A DNA stretch of 64,000 nt, taken from Macrostomum lignano. Its lineage: Eukaryota. The position numbers and the translations under genes were made by a program. Location: contig NIVC01000298.1 in NCBI GenBank assembly GCA_002269645.1, positions 142,971 through 206,970 of the forward strand, read 5' to 3'. Below the pieces are notes generated by a model. That model saw only the letters and a program-made list of their open reading frames with translations. It searched no databases and was not told where the DNA came from. Shown one piece after another: positions 62,820 through 64,000 of this stretch (position 1 is the stretch's first letter; each line of letters starts with the position of its first letter).

Positions 62820-64000
62820 GCTTGTGAGCAGCAAGTGAACCAAATGACGGATGCAGCGGCGAGATCAGAATGCTCGCTGCTGATCGTTAAAGCGCATTCT
62901 TGTCTCTTAGGCATGTCGCTGGCGTTGGCTGACTTCAGAATCTGCGAGGAAAAGAAATCAATTAAGATAGGCTTGCCTTTAGTAATCATTAATAGGCTAT
63001 AAAGGAACCTTTAATAGAACGTGTTCAACTAATGCTGGGTCTGTTTTGAAAAGTCAGAACTCAGAAGTAGTCGCGATTAGAATCAGTATTGTCCCAATAA
63101 GTGCGACCCAACAAATGCTGTTCAAAAAATAGGCCTGGCTGCAATGTCCCAATAAATGCCCAACAAATTACTAGCCTTGAGCTAGCTGGGCTGTGTTTAC
63201 TATTCATTGCGTTTGTAGCTTGTGTCCCAACAATGCCACTGAGATTGTTGCATTGCTTTTGAATTGTGCTCTACCAAGTAACACAAGTACTCTGGTGTAC
63301 AATACTTCTACAGCAGATAATACTCACCCAAAACAGATCGTCTCTTTCTCTTTAATCCTGTGCCGGACGGGTTTTCTTCAGATCCACCAGAAAATTCACA
63401 AATAGACTGACTGCCTGCACGGATAGCTGCGCGCTGCTGCTGCTGCTGCTGCTGCTGCGGCTTGTGAGCAGCAAGTGAACAAATGACGGATGCAGCGGCG
63501 AGATCAGAATGCTCGCTGCTGATCGTTAAAGCGCATTCTTGTCTCTTAGGCATGTCGCTGGCGTGGCTGACTTCAGAATCTGCGAGGAAAAGAAATCAAT
63601 TAAGATAGGCTTGCCTTTAGTAATCATTAATAGGCTATAAAGGAACCCTTTAATAGAACGTGTTCAACTAATGCTGGGTCTGTTTTGAAAAGTCAGAACT
63701 CAGAAGTAGTCGCGATTAGAATCAGTATTGTCCCAATAAGTGCGACCCAACAAATGCTGTTCAAAAAAATAGGCCTGGCTGCAATGTCCCAATAAATGCC
63801 CAACAAATTACTAGCCTTGAGCTGGCTGGCTGTGTTTACTATTCATTGCGTTTGTAGCTTGTGTCCCAACAATGCCACTGAGATTGTTGCATTGCTTTTG
63901 AATTGTGCTCTACCAAGTAACACAAGTACTCTGGTGTACAATACTTCTACAGCAGATAATACTCACCCAAAACAGATCGTCTCTTTCTCTTTAATCCTGT
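49917..64000 (-). CDS. Putative multi-exon gene: 21 full tandem ~246-nt poly-Ala exons, one partial exon, and a terminal exon (50146-49917); 5' end outside the window
   Basis: Each unit has TTTCTTTTCCTCGCAG|AT...TTG G|GTGAGT, e.g. exon 50779-50534 (246 nt, phase 1/1) with a 387-nt intron. Only the poly-Ala frame is open across the exon. The terminal copy ends with a stop at 49917 and AATAAA at 49841-49836. No transcript evidence. Confidence 0.55.
49985..64000. repeat. ~630-690-bp tandem array (about 22 units), each with a variable (CTG)n tract
   Basis: The period is visible in the sequence and in the repeated ORF track; the array runs off the window end. Confidence 0.98.

Noticed and set aside
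50280-63405. Plus-strand 70-101-aa ORF (MRPNKCC.../MFTIHCV...) in each 635-bp unit
   Set aside because: Mostly non-ATG starts (GTG), antisense to the better-supported exon, and no splice or family support.

Overview
Repeat-rich animal (invertebrate-looking) genomic DNA; I cannot assign the species. 1-12 kb: transposon debris and minisatellites, including a TSD-flanked Ty3/gypsy element (1883-5216) whose gag-protease segment is inverted relative to its LTRs and integrase. 12.8-44.1 kb: a same-strand (+) array of 12 paralogous genes or gene remnants encoding signal peptide, one 6-Cys TNFR-like domain, a Ser/Thr-rich stalk, a TM helix and a short tail. Ectodomain, stalk and tail modules are combined in different ways, with apparent secreted, tail-less and pseudogene copies. 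The genes are separated by GACA microsatellites, minisatellites, a ~4.3 kb segmental duplication and nested MULE/mariner/MITE remnants. 46-50 kb: 25-bp and 38-bp satellites. 49.9-64 kb: a ~635-bp tandem array in which each unit carries, on the minus strand, a splice-acceptor/donor-bounded phase-1/phase-1 open exon with a variable poly-Ala tract. The array ends in a divergent terminal exon with a stop codon and AATAAA, so this apparent satellite may be an amplified exon-intron unit of one gene. Family assignments come from motif recognition by eye; no searches were run.
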